This document shows positions 45,941-55,652 of a stretch of 64,000 nucleotides of DNA, one piece after another. Source of the DNA: an uncultured Clostridia bacterium. Lineage in GTDB: Bacteria > Bacillota > Clostridia > TANB77 > CAG-508. Below the pieces are notes generated by a model. The model had not been told where the DNA came from, did not search any database, and worked only from the letters and a program-made list of their open reading frames with translations. A program made the translations under genes and the position numbers. The stretch spans positions 1,293 through 65,292 of the forward strand of contig CALXZX010000005.1 in NCBI GenBank assembly GCA_944393375.1, in the 5' to 3' direction. How positions within the stretch are numbered: position 1 is the stretch's first letter; each line of letters starts with the position of its first letter.

Positions 45941-47698
45941 ATGAAAGCAATTGATATTAGAAATAAATATTTAGAATTTTTTAAAAAACATGGACATGCA
46001 GTTATTCCATCAGCTTCATTGATACCAGAAAATGATCCATCTGTATTATTTACAACAGCTGGTATGCAACCATTGGTACCATATTTATTAGGTGAAAAAC
46101 ATCCAGAGGGAACAAGATTAACAGATTATCAAAAATGTGTCAGAACCAATGATATTGATGAAGTAGGAGATAATAGACATTTAACCTATTTTGAAATGCT
46201 TGGAAATTGGTCTTTAGGAGATTATTTCAAAGAAGAATCTATCAAAATGAGCTTTGAATTTTTAACAAAAGAACTACAAATACCAGTAGAAAAATTATCA
46301 GTTACTTGTTTTGCAGGAGATGAAGATTGTCCAAGAGATGAAGTTTCAGCAAAAGTATGGAAAGATGCTGGCATATTAGATGGACATATTTATTTTTATG
46401 GAAAAGATGATAACTGGTGGATAGCAGGAGAAGAAGGACCATGTGGACCAGATACAGAAATGTTTTATGATACAGGAAAACCAGCATGTGGACCAGATTG
46501 TCAACCTTCTTGTGATTGTGGTAAATATGTTGAAATTTGGAATAATGTGTTTATGGAATATTACAAAGACAAAAATGGATATTCTAAATTAAAACAAAGA
46601 AATGTAGATACTGGTTTAGGATTAGAAAGAATGACAATGTTATTACAAGGAAAAGAAACACCATTTGATACAGAATTATTTTTACCAGTTATGGAAAAAA
46701 TACAAGAATTACAAAAAGTAGATAGTATTGAAAGTAGAAGAATTATTGCAGAACATTTACGTTCTAGTATGATGATTATTGCAGATGGTGGAAGACCAAG
46801 TAATATTGATAGAGGATATGTATTAAGAAGATTAATTCGTAGAATGATTAGACATATGAATAAATTGCAAATTGATTTATCAGAATTATCAAATTTAATA
46901 GATATTAATGTAGATAATCTTAAAGAAATGTATCCAGAATTAGAACAAAATAGAGAAATCATCAAAAATGTAATTAATGAAGAAAAAGATAAATTTGTAA
47001 AAACATTAACACATGGAGAAAGAGAATTCCAAAAAGAAATGCAAAAAGCAAAAGAAAATGGAAAAACAGAAATTGATGCAAAAGTTGTCTTTAGATTATA
47101 TGATACCTATGGATTTCCACCAGAGGTAACAAAAGAATTAGCAGATGAAAATGGTATGACAGTGGATTTAAAAGGATTTGAAAAACTATTTAAGGAACAT
47201 CAAGAAAAATCAAGACAAGGAAGTACACAAAAATTTAAAGGTGGACTAGCAGACCAAAATGAAAAAACAATTGCATATCATACGGCAACCCATTTATTAC
47301 ATCAAGCTTTAAGAACTGTTTTAGGAGACCATGTAAAACAAAGTGGTTCTAATATCACAGAAGAAAGACTACGTTTTGACTTTACACATCCACAAAAAAT
47401 GACAAAAGAAGAAATTCAAAAAGTAGAAGATTTAGTAAATGAGCAAATAAAAAGAGACTTACCAGTTACTTGTGAAGAAATGAGTTATGAAGATGCTAAA
47501 AAATCAGGAGCTATTGGTTTATTTACAGATAAATATGGAGACAAAGTAAAAGTATATACCATTGGTGATTTTAGCAAAGAGATTTGTGGAGGACCTCATG
47601 TAACTCATACAGGAGATATGGGAAGATTTAAAATCAAAAAAGAGGAATCAAGTTCTTCAGGAATCAGAAGAATTAAAGCTGTTTTAATAAAAGAATAA
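45941..47698 (+). CDS. alaS: alanine--tRNA ligase, short form (585 aa)
   Basis: LFTTAGMQP, HLTYFEMLGN, GPCGPDTE, EIWNNVFM, DTGLGLER, HTATHLLH, CGGPHV, SGIRRI. Confidence 0.96.
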   Translation: MKAIDIRNKYLEFFKKHGHAVIPSASLIPENDPSVLFTTAGMQPLVPYLLGEKHPEGTRLTDYQKCVRTNDIDEVGDNRHLTYFEMLGNWSLGDYFKEESIKMSFEFLTKELQIPVEKLSVTCFAGDEDCPRDEVSAKVWKDAGILDGHIYFYGKDDNWWIAGEEGPCGPDTEMFYDTGKPACGPDCQPSCDCGKYVEIWNNVFMEYYKDKNGYSKLKQRNVDTGLGLERMTMLLQGKETPFDTELFLPVMEKIQELQKVDSIESRRIIAEHLRSSMMIIADGGRPSNIDRGYVLRRLIRRMIRHMNKLQIDLSELSNLIDINVDNLKEMYPELEQNREIIKNVINEEKDKFVKTLTHGEREFQKEMQKAKENGKTEIDAKVVFRLYDTYGFPPEVTKELADENGMTVDLKGFEKLFKEHQEKSRQGSTQKFKGGLADQNEKTIAYHTATHLLHQALRTVLGDHVKQSGSNITEERLRFDFTHPQKMTKEEIQKVEDLVNEQIKRDLPVTCEEMSYEDAKKSGAIGLFTDKYGDKVKVYTIGDFSKEICGGPHVTHTGDMGRFKIKKEESSSSGIRRIKAVLIKE

Positions 47699-47853
47699 TT
47701 CCAAATTACTTTTGTGTTATGAGCAAAAAAGCGAAAAAATCCAAGAGTATAAAAGAACGTAAAAAAGCCTTGATTAACAAGGCTTTTTATGTTATAATAT
47801 TAAGTGTAAGGTTATTTTTAATAAAAGAGGTGAAAAGCTTAGAAAAGTTCTAA

Positions 47854-48237
47854 GTGAGTAATATGAAAAATGCAAGTACAAATGCGGAGAGAATAAAGGT
47901 AATAGAATATCTAAAAGCTGCCTTAAGTCCAAAGGCATTATTTTCAACGATGGGTGATATACTTGTAAGATTGTCTGATTCTAAATTAACAGATGCAGAT
48001 AAAAGGGTTGCAGAAATTTGGGCAGATAATAAAGGAAGTAAGGAAAATATAGATAAATTAGAAGAAAGAGTGAGAATTCCAGAAAAAGGAGCTATTGGAG
48101 GAAAAGGTAAAGGTAACAGAACAAGAAAAACAAAAAAATATGAAGTATCAGTTCAACCACAAGAATCAGTTAGAGGAACAATGGAAAGTATGGATACACA
48201 TGAAAATAGCTCAAAAGGTTTTGAAATTGGAGAATAA
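47854..48237 (+). CDS. hypothetical protein
   Basis: 127-aa ORF with upstream TTGATT-17-TATAAT and a downstream hairpin; no recognised motif. Confidence 0.6.
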   Translation: MSNMKNASTNAERIKVIEYLKAALSPKALFSTMGDILVRLSDSKLTDADKRVAEIWADNKGSKENIDKLEERVRIPEKGAIGGKGKGNRTRKTKKYEVSVQPQESVRGTMESMDTHENSSKGFEIGE

Positions 48238-48270
48238 ATACAAGAATTTTAAAATTCTTGTATTTTTTAC

Positions 48271-48299
48271 TTGACAAAAGGAAAAACTACCAGTATAAT
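48271..48299 (+). promoter_or_regulatory. consensus sigma-A promoter of the tRNA
   Basis: TTGACA-17-TATAAT. Confidence 0.85.
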
Positions 48300-48331
48300 A
48301 TTACTTGCTAGCAAAAAAAATAAAGAAATAT

Positions 48332-48408
48332 GGCGAAGTAGCTCAGTTGGCTAGAGCATTCGGTTCATACCCGAAGGGTCATGTGTTCGAATCACATCTT
48401 CGCTACCA
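48332..48408 (+). tRNA. tRNA-Met (CAT), elongator type
   Basis: Acceptor GGCGAAG/CTTCGCT, anticodon stem TTCGG/CCGAA with loop TTCATAC, TTCGAAT T-loop, encoded CCA; paired 1:72 so not initiator; resembles elongator Met more than Ile2. Confidence 0.93.
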
Positions 48409-48410
48409 AA

Positions 48411-48447
48411 AAACTCGTAAATGTATAATAAACATTTACGAGTTTTA
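48411..48447. terminator. bidirectional terminator after the tRNA
   Basis: AAAACTCGTAAATGT...ACATTTACGAGTTTT. Confidence 0.75.
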
Positions 48448-48458
48448 TTTTTATATTT

Positions 48459-48998
48459 TTATTTTCCTTCAAATAACGTATTCAAAATATTTGGATATAT
48501 GGTATTAGCATGATTTTTCCAATTTTCCACGATTTTTTTAGCTCTTTCTCTTGAACCAGCGTATGTTTTTACCTCAAAAATTGTTTCATTATTTTCTACA
48601 ATTTTTAAGGTTACCGTATAATTGTTCTCATCTTTTGGAGTAAATTCAGCAACCACAGAAGAAGCTTCCTCAATATTAGAGAACTCTTTTTTGAAAACAC
48701 TATCTGCTTTTAATTTTAATATTCCGGGCATAACATCTTTTGTTAGAAGGTATGCATTTTTTCCTTCACTAGTGATTCTTAATACTTGTTCATCATCTTT
48801 TGTATAAACACCTACTAGCTTTGAATCAATTAAATCTGTCAAGATTTGTTTAAAATAAAAGTAATTTAAATTATTAATAGAAGAAATAATTTTAAACAAT
48901 CCATCTTGCACAATATCTCCATCAATTTGATGCAAAATATATAGGATTAATACCTTATTTTCAGCCAAAGTAGTAGTATTATTTGAATTTGAACTCAT
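48459..48998 (-). CDS. DUF4364 family protein
   Basis: LAENKVLILYIL, NYFYFKQILTDL winged-helix-like N-terminus, ENNETIFEVK; AAGGAG SD. Confidence 0.8.
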   Translation of the reverse strand: MSSNSNNTTTLAENKVLILYILHQIDGDIVQDGLFKIISSINNLNYFYFKQILTDLIDSKLVGVYTKDDEQVLRITSEGKNAYLLTKDVMPGILKLKADSVFKKEFSNIEEASSVVAEFTPKDENNYTVTLKIVENNETIFEVKTYAGSRERAKKIVENWKNHANTIYPNILNTLFEGK

Positions 48999-49144
48999 AA
49001 ATAGCACTCCTTACTTTGATATTTGCTAAATTATATCATAAGTATAGAAAAAAGTAAAATAAATTGTATAAAAAATCTTTAATTTTCAAGAAAAAAGTAG
49101 TATACTATTGTAGGAAAATTAAAAAAGAGAAAGGAATGGATTGT

Positions 49145-50101
49145 ATGAAAAAAGGAAAAGTTGTTTTAGTTGGAACTGGATTTGTAGGAATGAGTATGGC
49201 ATATTCTATGCTAAATAGAGGAGGTATCCAAGAACTTATTTTAATCGATATTAATAAAGATAAAACAATTGGAGAAGAAATGGATTTATCTCATGGATTA
49301 CCATATGCACCACAAAAAATGATTATTAGAGCAGGAGATTATGATGAATGTAAAGATGCGCAAGTAGTTGTTATTACTGCAGGTATTGCACAAAAACCAG
49401 GACAAACTAGATTAGAATTAGCAGAAGTAAATGCTAAAATTATGAAGGATATTACAAAAAGTATTATGGCAAGTGGATTTAATGGAATTATCGTGGTTGC
49501 AAGTAACCCTGTAGATTTAATGACATATGTTGTAGCTAAAGTATCTGGACTACCAAAAAATCAAGTTATTGGTTCAGGAACAGTTTTAGATACAGCAAGA
49601 CTAAGATATATTGTAGGACAATACTTAAAAATATCTAGTAAAAATATACATGCTTATATCATGGGAGAACATGGAGATTCTTCATTTGTACCATGGGAAC
49701 ATTGCTATGTTGGTTGCAAGAGAATTACAGATGTTATGAAAGACAATCATCATCCAATGGATAAATTAAATAAAATGCATGAAGAAGTTGTTAATGCTGC
49801 ATATGAAATTATTGAAAAGAAAAAAGCAACTTATTATGGAATTGGTATGGCATTAAATAGATTAGTAAGAGCTATTTTAGATGATGAAAATTCTATCTTG
49901 ACAGTTTCTACTTATCTAGATAATGAATATGGACAAAATGATATTTATATTGGAATACCAGCTATTATTAATAAAAATGGTGTAAGGGAATTGGTAAATC
50001 TAGAATTAAATGAAAAAGACCAAGAAAAATTAAATAATAGTTGTAAAGTCATAAAAGAGATGAGACAACAATCAATTGACAAAATTATAAATGAAAAATA
50101 A
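49145..50101 (+). CDS. ldh: L-lactate dehydrogenase
   Basis: VGTGFVG, TAGIAQKPGQTRL (Gln specificity residue), ASNPVD, GTVLDTARL, GEHGDS. Confidence 0.93.
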   Translation: MKKGKVVLVGTGFVGMSMAYSMLNRGGIQELILIDINKDKTIGEEMDLSHGLPYAPQKMIIRAGDYDECKDAQVVVITAGIAQKPGQTRLELAEVNAKIMKDITKSIMASGFNGIIVVASNPVDLMTYVVAKVSGLPKNQVIGSGTVLDTARLRYIVGQYLKISSKNIHAYIMGEHGDSSFVPWEHCYVGCKRITDVMKDNHHPMDKLNKMHEEVVNAAYEIIEKKKATYYGIGMALNRLVRAILDDENSILTVSTYLDNEYGQNDIYIGIPAIINKNGVRELVNLELNEKDQEKLNNSCKVIKEMRQQSIDKIINEK

Positions 50102-50128
50102 GAATTTTGTTATTTATATGAAAAATAT

Positions 50129-50157
50129 TTGCATTTTATGAAAATATATGTTAAAAT
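50129..50157 (+). promoter_or_regulatory. sigma-A promoter (secG)
   Basis: TTGCAT-17-TAAAAT with TG extended -10. Confidence 0.55.
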
Positions 50158-50204
50158 AGCAAAGTATAATTTGAGAGTTAAAAACCGTTAGGAGGAATCA
50201 ATAC

Positions 50205-50453
50205 ATGGAAATAGCAAAATGGATATTGGTTGTTATATATTTTATAGTAGCACTAGCATTAATCATATTAGCATTAATACAATCAAAAGAAGATTCTGGA
50301 TTATCTTCAACAATTACAGGTTCATCAACCAATAACTTCTTTGAAAAAAATAAAAGTAGAACAAAAGAAGGAAAACAAAAAAGATGGACAGTTATATTAT
50401 CAATCGTATTTGCAATATTAACGATTGTATTAGGGATATTATATATGGCATAA
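50205..50453 (+). CDS. secG: preprotein translocase subunit SecG
   Basis: Two TMs with a QSKEDSGLSSTITGS loop; secG-rnr synteny. Confidence 0.92.
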   Translation: MEIAKWILVVIYFIVALALIILALIQSKEDSGLSSTITGSSTNNFFEKNKSRTKEGKQKRWTVILSIVFAILTIVLGILYMA

Positions 50454-50460
50454 AACAAAG

Positions 50461-50497
50461 AAAAGGGATTTTGAGGACGGACTCATATTTCCCTTTT
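50461..50497 (+). repeat. REP-like palindrome, family A copy 4
   Basis: AAAAGGGATTTTGAGGACGGACTCATATTTCCCTTTT, 7 nt after the secG stop. Confidence 0.9.
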
Positions 50498-50512
50498 TTT
50501 GAATTTTATACA

Positions 50513-50661
50513 TTTGGGACATTTGGGGACGTTTCCGTTTGGACATTTTTATTTGAACTTATATGCCTTATTTTTGATAGATAACATATAACAATAACAA
50601 ATTTAATATTATATACATTTATATATATGTGTCCAAACGAAAACACCACCAAATGTCTCAA
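50513..50661. repeat. family B inverted doublet (one arm degenerate)
   Basis: TTTGGGACATTTGGGGACGTTTCCGTTTGGACA (50513-45) and TGTCCAAACGAAAACACCACCAAATGTCTCAA (50630-61). Confidence 0.8.
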
Positions 50662-50677
50662 GAAGAAAGGAATGTTA

Positions 50678-52795
50678 ATGGAAGAACAGGAACTGAAAGT
50701 TTTAAATTTAATAAAAGATAAAGATTATGCACCAATGAAGGCAAAAGAAATTGCCATGATGATGCACGTACCAAAAAGTGAATATAATGAGCTTTTAAGA
50801 ATATTAGGAAAATTAGAAATGGAAATGAAAATCCAAAAAAACAGAAAAAATCAATATAGACCAGTCGATAAAGTCTATTATGATGGTATTTATAGAAAAA
50901 ATCAAAAAGGTTTTGGGTTTGTTAAAATAGAAGACCAAGAAGATGAAATCTATATTGCAAAAGAAAATTCCCAAAATGCTTTAAATGGAGATAGAGTATT
51001 AATAGAAATAATAGAAGAAAAGAATAAGCTAAAAAAAGCAGAAGGAAAAGTTGTAAAAATACTAAAACATGAAAAAGATACCATTGTTGGAAGATTTGAA
51101 AATAATAAAAATTTCGGATTTGTGGTACCAGATGATAAAAATTTTGGAACAGATATCTTTATTTCCAAAAAGAATTTTGGAAAAGCAAGAAATAATCATA
51201 AAGTATTAGTAAAAATTATAAAATATCCTGAAAAAGGAAAAAAGGCAGAAGGAAAAATTATAGAAGTATTAGGAAATGTCAATGAAGCAGGTGTAGACAT
51301 GTTGTCTTTAATAAAAGAACATAATTTGCCATCAACATTTCCCGAACCAGTTGTAGAAGAAGCAAAAAAATGTGGTAATCAAATTGATGAAAGAGATATC
51401 GCAAAAAGGAGAGACTTAAGACAAGATATCATTTTTACCATTGATGGAGAAGATGCGAAAGACTTAGATGATGCTGTAAAAGTAACAAAATTAGAGAATG
51501 AAAATTATAAGCTAGATGTTCATATTGCAGATGTTAGTTACTATGTAAAGCCAAATAGTTTATTAGACCAAGAAGCATTACTTCGAGGAACTAGTATCTA
51601 TATGTTAGGAAGAGTTATTCCAATGCTTCCAAGAGAATTATCAAATGGAATTTGTAGTTTAAATGCAGGAGAAGATAGATTTACACTATCTTGTAGTATA
51701 GAAATTAACGAAAAAGGAGAAGTCATTTCTTCTGATGTCTATAAAGCGGTGATTAATGTAACAGAAAGAATGACATATACTAATGTTCAAAAGATATTAG
51801 ATAATTCTGATGAAGAAGTAGTTAATCGATACAAACCATATATTCAGGAATTTAAATTAATGGAAGAATTGGCTCTAATATTAAAAAATAAACGATTAGA
51901 ACAAGGATATCTGAACTTAGATATTCCGGAAAGTAAAATTGAATTAGACATTGATGGAAGGGTTACTAACATAAAAAAATATGAAACAACTTTTGCAAAT
52001 GAGATTATAGAACAATTTATGCTAACAGCAAATGAAACCATTGCAGAAAAATTCTTTTGGTTAGATGCACCATTTATATATCGAGTACATGAAAAACCAG
52101 ATTATGAGAAAGTTCAAGAGTTAAATAAATTTTTATTTAATTTTGGTTTAAGAATTAAAGCAAGCAAAGATAATATATATCCAAAAGAATTTGCAAAAAT
52201 ATTAGAGGAAGTACAGGGAAAAGAGGAAGAAAAAGTTGTTTCAAATCTAGTCCTAAGAACATTAAAAGTGGCAAGATATGAAGCAATTAACGAAGGTCAT
52301 TTTGGAATTGCTAGCAAATATTATTGTCATTTTACATCACCAATTAGAAGATATCCAGATTTATTTATCCATAGAATCATATCAAAATATTTAGAAGATA
52401 ATTATGATGTAGAAGAATCTTTTGTGGAAGAATATAGAAAACAGGCGGAAGAAAGAGCAAAACAATCTTCTGAAAGAGAAAGTATAGCAACAAAAGTAGA
52501 AAGAGAAAGCGAAGATATTAAAAAAGCAGAATATATGGAAGGTAGAATTGGAGAAGAATATGAAGGCATTATTTCTTCTGTAACTTCTTTTGGTATTTTT
52601 GTGGAATTAGAAAATACAGTAGAAGGTTTGATTCGATTTGATGACTTAGGTGATGAATATTTCATTTATGATGAAGAAAGAAAAATGTTAATTGGTGAAC
52701 AAACTAGAACAACCTATAAAATCGGAGATAAGATCAATATTAGAGTAAAAGATGCTAGTAAATTAATGAGAACAGTTGATTTTGAGAAAATATAA
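50678..52795 (+). CDS. rnr: ribonuclease R
   Basis: GFGFV cold-shock domains, FTIDGEDAKDLDDA, HIADVSYYV, IEQFML.AN, HFTSPIRRYPDL, C-terminal S1; ATG at 50678. Confidence 0.97.
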   Translation: MEEQELKVLNLIKDKDYAPMKAKEIAMMMHVPKSEYNELLRILGKLEMEMKIQKNRKNQYRPVDKVYYDGIYRKNQKGFGFVKIEDQEDEIYIAKENSQNALNGDRVLIEIIEEKNKLKKAEGKVVKILKHEKDTIVGRFENNKNFGFVVPDDKNFGTDIFISKKNFGKARNNHKVLVKIIKYPEKGKKAEGKIIEVLGNVNEAGVDMLSLIKEHNLPSTFPEPVVEEAKKCGNQIDERDIAKRRDLRQDIIFTIDGEDAKDLDDAVKVTKLENENYKLDVHIADVSYYVKPNSLLDQEALLRGTSIYMLGRVIPMLPRELSNGICSLNAGEDRFTLSCSIEINEKGEVISSDVYKAVINVTERMTYTNVQKILDNSDEEVVNRYKPYIQEFKLMEELALILKNKRLEQGYLNLDIPESKIELDIDGRVTNIKKYETTFANEIIEQFMLTANETIAEKFFWLDAPFIYRVHEKPDYEKVQELNKFLFNFGLRIKASKDNIYPKEFAKILEEVQGKEEEKVVSNLVLRTLKVARYEAINEGHFGIASKYYCHFTSPIRRYPDLFIHRIISKYLEDNYDVEESFVEEYRKQAEERAKQSSERESIATKVERESEDIKKAEYMEGRIGEEYEGIISSVTSFGIFVELENTVEGLIRFDDLGDEYFIYDEERKMLIGEQTRTTYKIGDKINIRVKDASKLMRTVDFEKI

Positions 52796-52798
52796 GAT

Positions 52799-53096
52799 TT
52801 GGGACAATTGGGGACGTTTCCATTTGGACATCTTTTAAAATCTAAATTAATAAAAATAAAAAGATAGTGATTCAAAAAAATTATTACATTCCTCGGCTAA
52901 CATTACATCATAAAGAAAAGCTAAAGGTATCTAATAGGAGAATCTCAAAGTAAATTTGAGATTCTCCTATTAGATACCTTAATTTTTTCTAATATGATTT
53001 CATTCACATTCGTCATTTCATAATTTTTTTAATCACTATCTTTTTGAAATTCTATTTGTAAAAATGTCCAAATGGAAACGTCCCCAATTGTCCCAA
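52799..53096. repeat. 298-bp nested palindrome with perfect 32-bp family B ends
   Basis: 52799-52830 / 53065-53096 perfect inverted repeat; 52858-52872 / 53031-53045 perfect 15 bp; 52924-52949 / 52955-52980 perfect 26-bp hairpin. Confidence 0.93.
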
Positions 53097-53121
53097 GTGT
53101 CTCAAAATCTTTCAATGAGCA

Positions 53122-53298
53122 TTAAGAAATACATAAAGCCACAATACTTAGTATAATAGAAAATAGTGAGAACACGATGACAAATACACCACCAAATTTA
53201 TTTTCATTTTTAAATTCATAAATTCCATAACTAAAGGATTCTTTAAAAACATATAGACAAAATAAAATAAAAACAATAAATTCTAAAAAACTAATCAT
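53122..53298 (-). CDS. small two-TM membrane protein (58 aa), last gene of the ger operon; absent from ORF track
   Basis: AGGAGG SD; hand translation MISFLEFIVFILFCLYVFKESFSYGIYEFKNENKFGGVFVIVFSLFSIILSIVALCIS. Confidence 0.75.
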   Translation of the reverse strand: MISFLEFIVFILFCLYVFKESFSYGIYEFKNENKFGGVFVIVFSLFSIILSIVALCIS

Positions 53299-53318
53299 AA
53301 ATGCCTCCTATGTTAAAG

Positions 53319-54545
53319 TTAGCTTTCTGTTAATAAGGAAGAAGAACGAATGGAAGAATCAACAGTTACCTTGAAAAAGCTATCTTTATATTTTTCACTC
53401 CAATTGTAATCATAAAATTCATCAAGAGTTAAAAAATTACTTCTAGCAGTTTTGCCAAAACCATTAATATCAGAATTTAGGGCTTTAGATGTTTTATATA
53501 AATATTCTGCCAAGATAGATTCTAAATAACTATTACAAGAATTTGAAATCTGACTTAACATGTCATTATCTAAATAATCAGCTCCGTCTTCCATAGAATA
53601 AATCCTTCCTGTAAAACGACAATCTAGAGTAATATATGGTGTTCCATTCAAGATATCGACCTTTACCTTTGGAGTGACTAATGGAGTAACATGTAAATCA
53701 ATATAAGAATTAGCTTTATTCGGATTTGGAACAGAAATTAAGAATCCATCTACTTGATTTCGAATAATGGAAAAACATAAGGTTTCTATAGAATTTAATT
53801 CACCAACTAAAACATCATCTTTAAAAACAGCAAGACCTGTATTTTCAGCAGTAGATTGACCAGATAAAGAAGAAGCATTTGATTTTGTGGTAGAATCATT
53901 TTCTGAATTAGTACTACCTGTATATTCTGTTGAGTTATTTGTTACACCACCTAATATGCCATAAGGCTCACAAGAATGGCATATTAAACTATCAAAAAAA
54001 TCGCCAATGGTAGCATTTGCTGTAAATCCGGTATAACTACCTGAAGCAGAGAAAACTTCATAATATTTTGTAATTAAGTTTTCAAATAAAGGTTTTGAAT
54101 GCTCTAAGTAATATCTGGCAGATGTTTTAGAAATAACAATATTGGTAGAAGGTCTGATTTGTGTGTCATTAATTAATGTATAGATTTCATCAGAGATTCC
54201 TTGACTTGCCACTTCTTCCGAAAATGTAATGACTTTACAATGGGAAAGATTAACAGATTTTCCTATATACGTATTAATTAAATTAATACCAGAACTAATG
54301 GAAGAAGCATCTACAGAGTAAATAATGGAAGGGGCTTGTTCAGAGGTTCCTGATTCAGAAACAGAAGAAGCATTTGTAAATTGAAAACTAATCTGTAAAT
54401 GATTTTTATCTGAAACATCAATTCCCATAGCAACAACTACACTTAAATTATCGATATTTAGAGTAGAATAAGATTTGGAAAAAGCAAGAAGAAGCATGAT
54501 GATTAGAATAACAACGAAAATTTTTTTAAATAGATTTTTGGGCAT
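53319..54545 (-). CDS. spore germination receptor C subunit, Ger(x)C family
   Basis: VVAMGID, NLSHCKVI..SEEVA, GLAVFK...LVGEL, SDINGFG. Confidence 0.9.
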   Translation of the reverse strand: MPKNLFKKIFVVILIIMLLLAFSKSYSTLNIDNLSVVVAMGIDVSDKNHLQISFQFTNASSVSESGTSEQAPSIIYSVDASSISSGINLINTYIGKSVNLSHCKVITFSEEVASQGISDEIYTLINDTQIRPSTNIVISKTSARYYLEHSKPLFENLITKYYEVFSASGSYTGFTANATIGDFFDSLICHSCEPYGILGGVTNNSTEYTGSTNSENDSTTKSNASSLSGQSTAENTGLAVFKDDVLVGELNSIETLCFSIIRNQVDGFLISVPNPNKANSYIDLHVTPLVTPKVKVDILNGTPYITLDCRFTGRIYSMEDGADYLDNDMLSQISNSCNSYLESILAEYLYKTSKALNSDINGFGKTARSNFLTLDEFYDYNWSEKYKDSFFKVTVDSSIRSSSLLTES

Positions 54546-55641
54546 CTGCTTTCAACTCCTTTTTTTTTCTTTTTTTGAAATATGCGAGGATTAGGAGAGA
54601 AACTCCTAAAAATATGGAAACAATAATGACCATATAATGATAAATATAATCCTCAATAAATTTTGAAATAGCATAATTTTTTGGTAGTAAACTAATGGCA
54701 AAAATCAATAATCCAAATACAAAAATCAGTGGTTTTTCATCACGAATATTGGTGATTTTTTTAAATATGGAAAGGGATATTTTAGCAACAATCGTTAAGT
54801 AGCAAACCATCTGCAAAATCCAAATAAGAAGAAAAATAGATTCTAATCTTTGGAAAAAGTTTCCAAATTCAATATATCTGGCAGCAGAGTATAAAGGCAT
54901 GATTTGGTTGGTATACATTAAGGAGATAAACATGAATAAGATAATAGAAACACATAACAAGAAATAGATGGTTCCTAGGATAATAGAAGTTAGATAAATT
55001 TTCTTCATCTTTTGAGGTTCTTTTAAATAGGGAGGAAGAAAATATAATAAAGTAATACCACCAAAAGCACCTAAATTGCCTAGTCCTGTTACAAAAGTGT
55101 TAAATAATCCGTCTCCAAAAATCGGAAAGATATTATCCAAAGAAAAGTTTTTCATGTTTGCAATAAATAAAAAAATAATACTAATAATGACTAAAGGAAT
55201 AATCAATAAATTTACTTTAGCAATAGATGAAAAACGATGGTGTAATGTTATACAAATTACCACAATAAAGGTTAATATGATAAAGATTAAACTTGTCATA
55301 GGGTAATATACAATTTTTAAACATTCACAAAAATTTCGAAGAAGAATACTACTACTAAATAAAAAGTAAAAGATAAAGACCATACCAATAAAAGTTTTTA
55401 GAGGTTTTCCACCTAGGTATTCTGCGATATCAACAATATCACTTCCAGGAAATTTAATAAGCAATTTATAAATTAAAAAAGTTATTAGTAATGCAATGAT
55501 ACCAACATAAATTAGATTAATTAAAGTAGCTGTTTTGGTGGTTTCAAGCATACTTCTTGGAAGAGCAACTAATGTATAAGCAACAAACATTCCAAGTATA
55601 ATACTAATTGCTTCAGCAGCAGTTATTTTAGAGGTTTCCAT
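54526..55641 (-). CDS. spore germination receptor B subunit, Ger(x)B family permease
   Basis: Multi-TM; PGSDIVDI, NIFPIFGDG, IEFGNFFQRLES; ATG at 55641. Confidence 0.9.
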   Translation of the reverse strand: METSKITAAEAISIILGMFVAYTLVALPRSMLETTKTATLINLIYVGIIALLITFLIYKLLIKFPGSDIVDIAEYLGGKPLKTFIGMVFIFYFLFSSSILLRNFCECLKIVYYPMTSLIFIILTFIVVICITLHHRFSSIAKVNLLIIPLVIISIIFLFIANMKNFSLDNIFPIFGDGLFNTFVTGLGNLGAFGGITLLYFLPPYLKEPQKMKKIYLTSIILGTIYFLLCVSIILFMFISLMYTNQIMPLYSAARYIEFGNFFQRLESIFLLIWILQMVCYLTIVAKISLSIFKKITNIRDEKPLIFVFGLLIFAISLLPKNYAISKFIEDYIYHYMVIIVSIFLGVSLLILAYFKKRKKKELKADAQKSI

Positions 55642-55652
55642 ATAAACTCCTT

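Noticed and set aside
48332-48408. tRNA-Met as a prophage or island integration site
   Set aside because: No integrase, no duplicated tRNA 3' end, and the flanks are housekeeping genes.
18195-50497. Family A 36-40 bp repeats as CRISPR repeats
   Set aside because: They are dispersed singletons, not an array with spacers.
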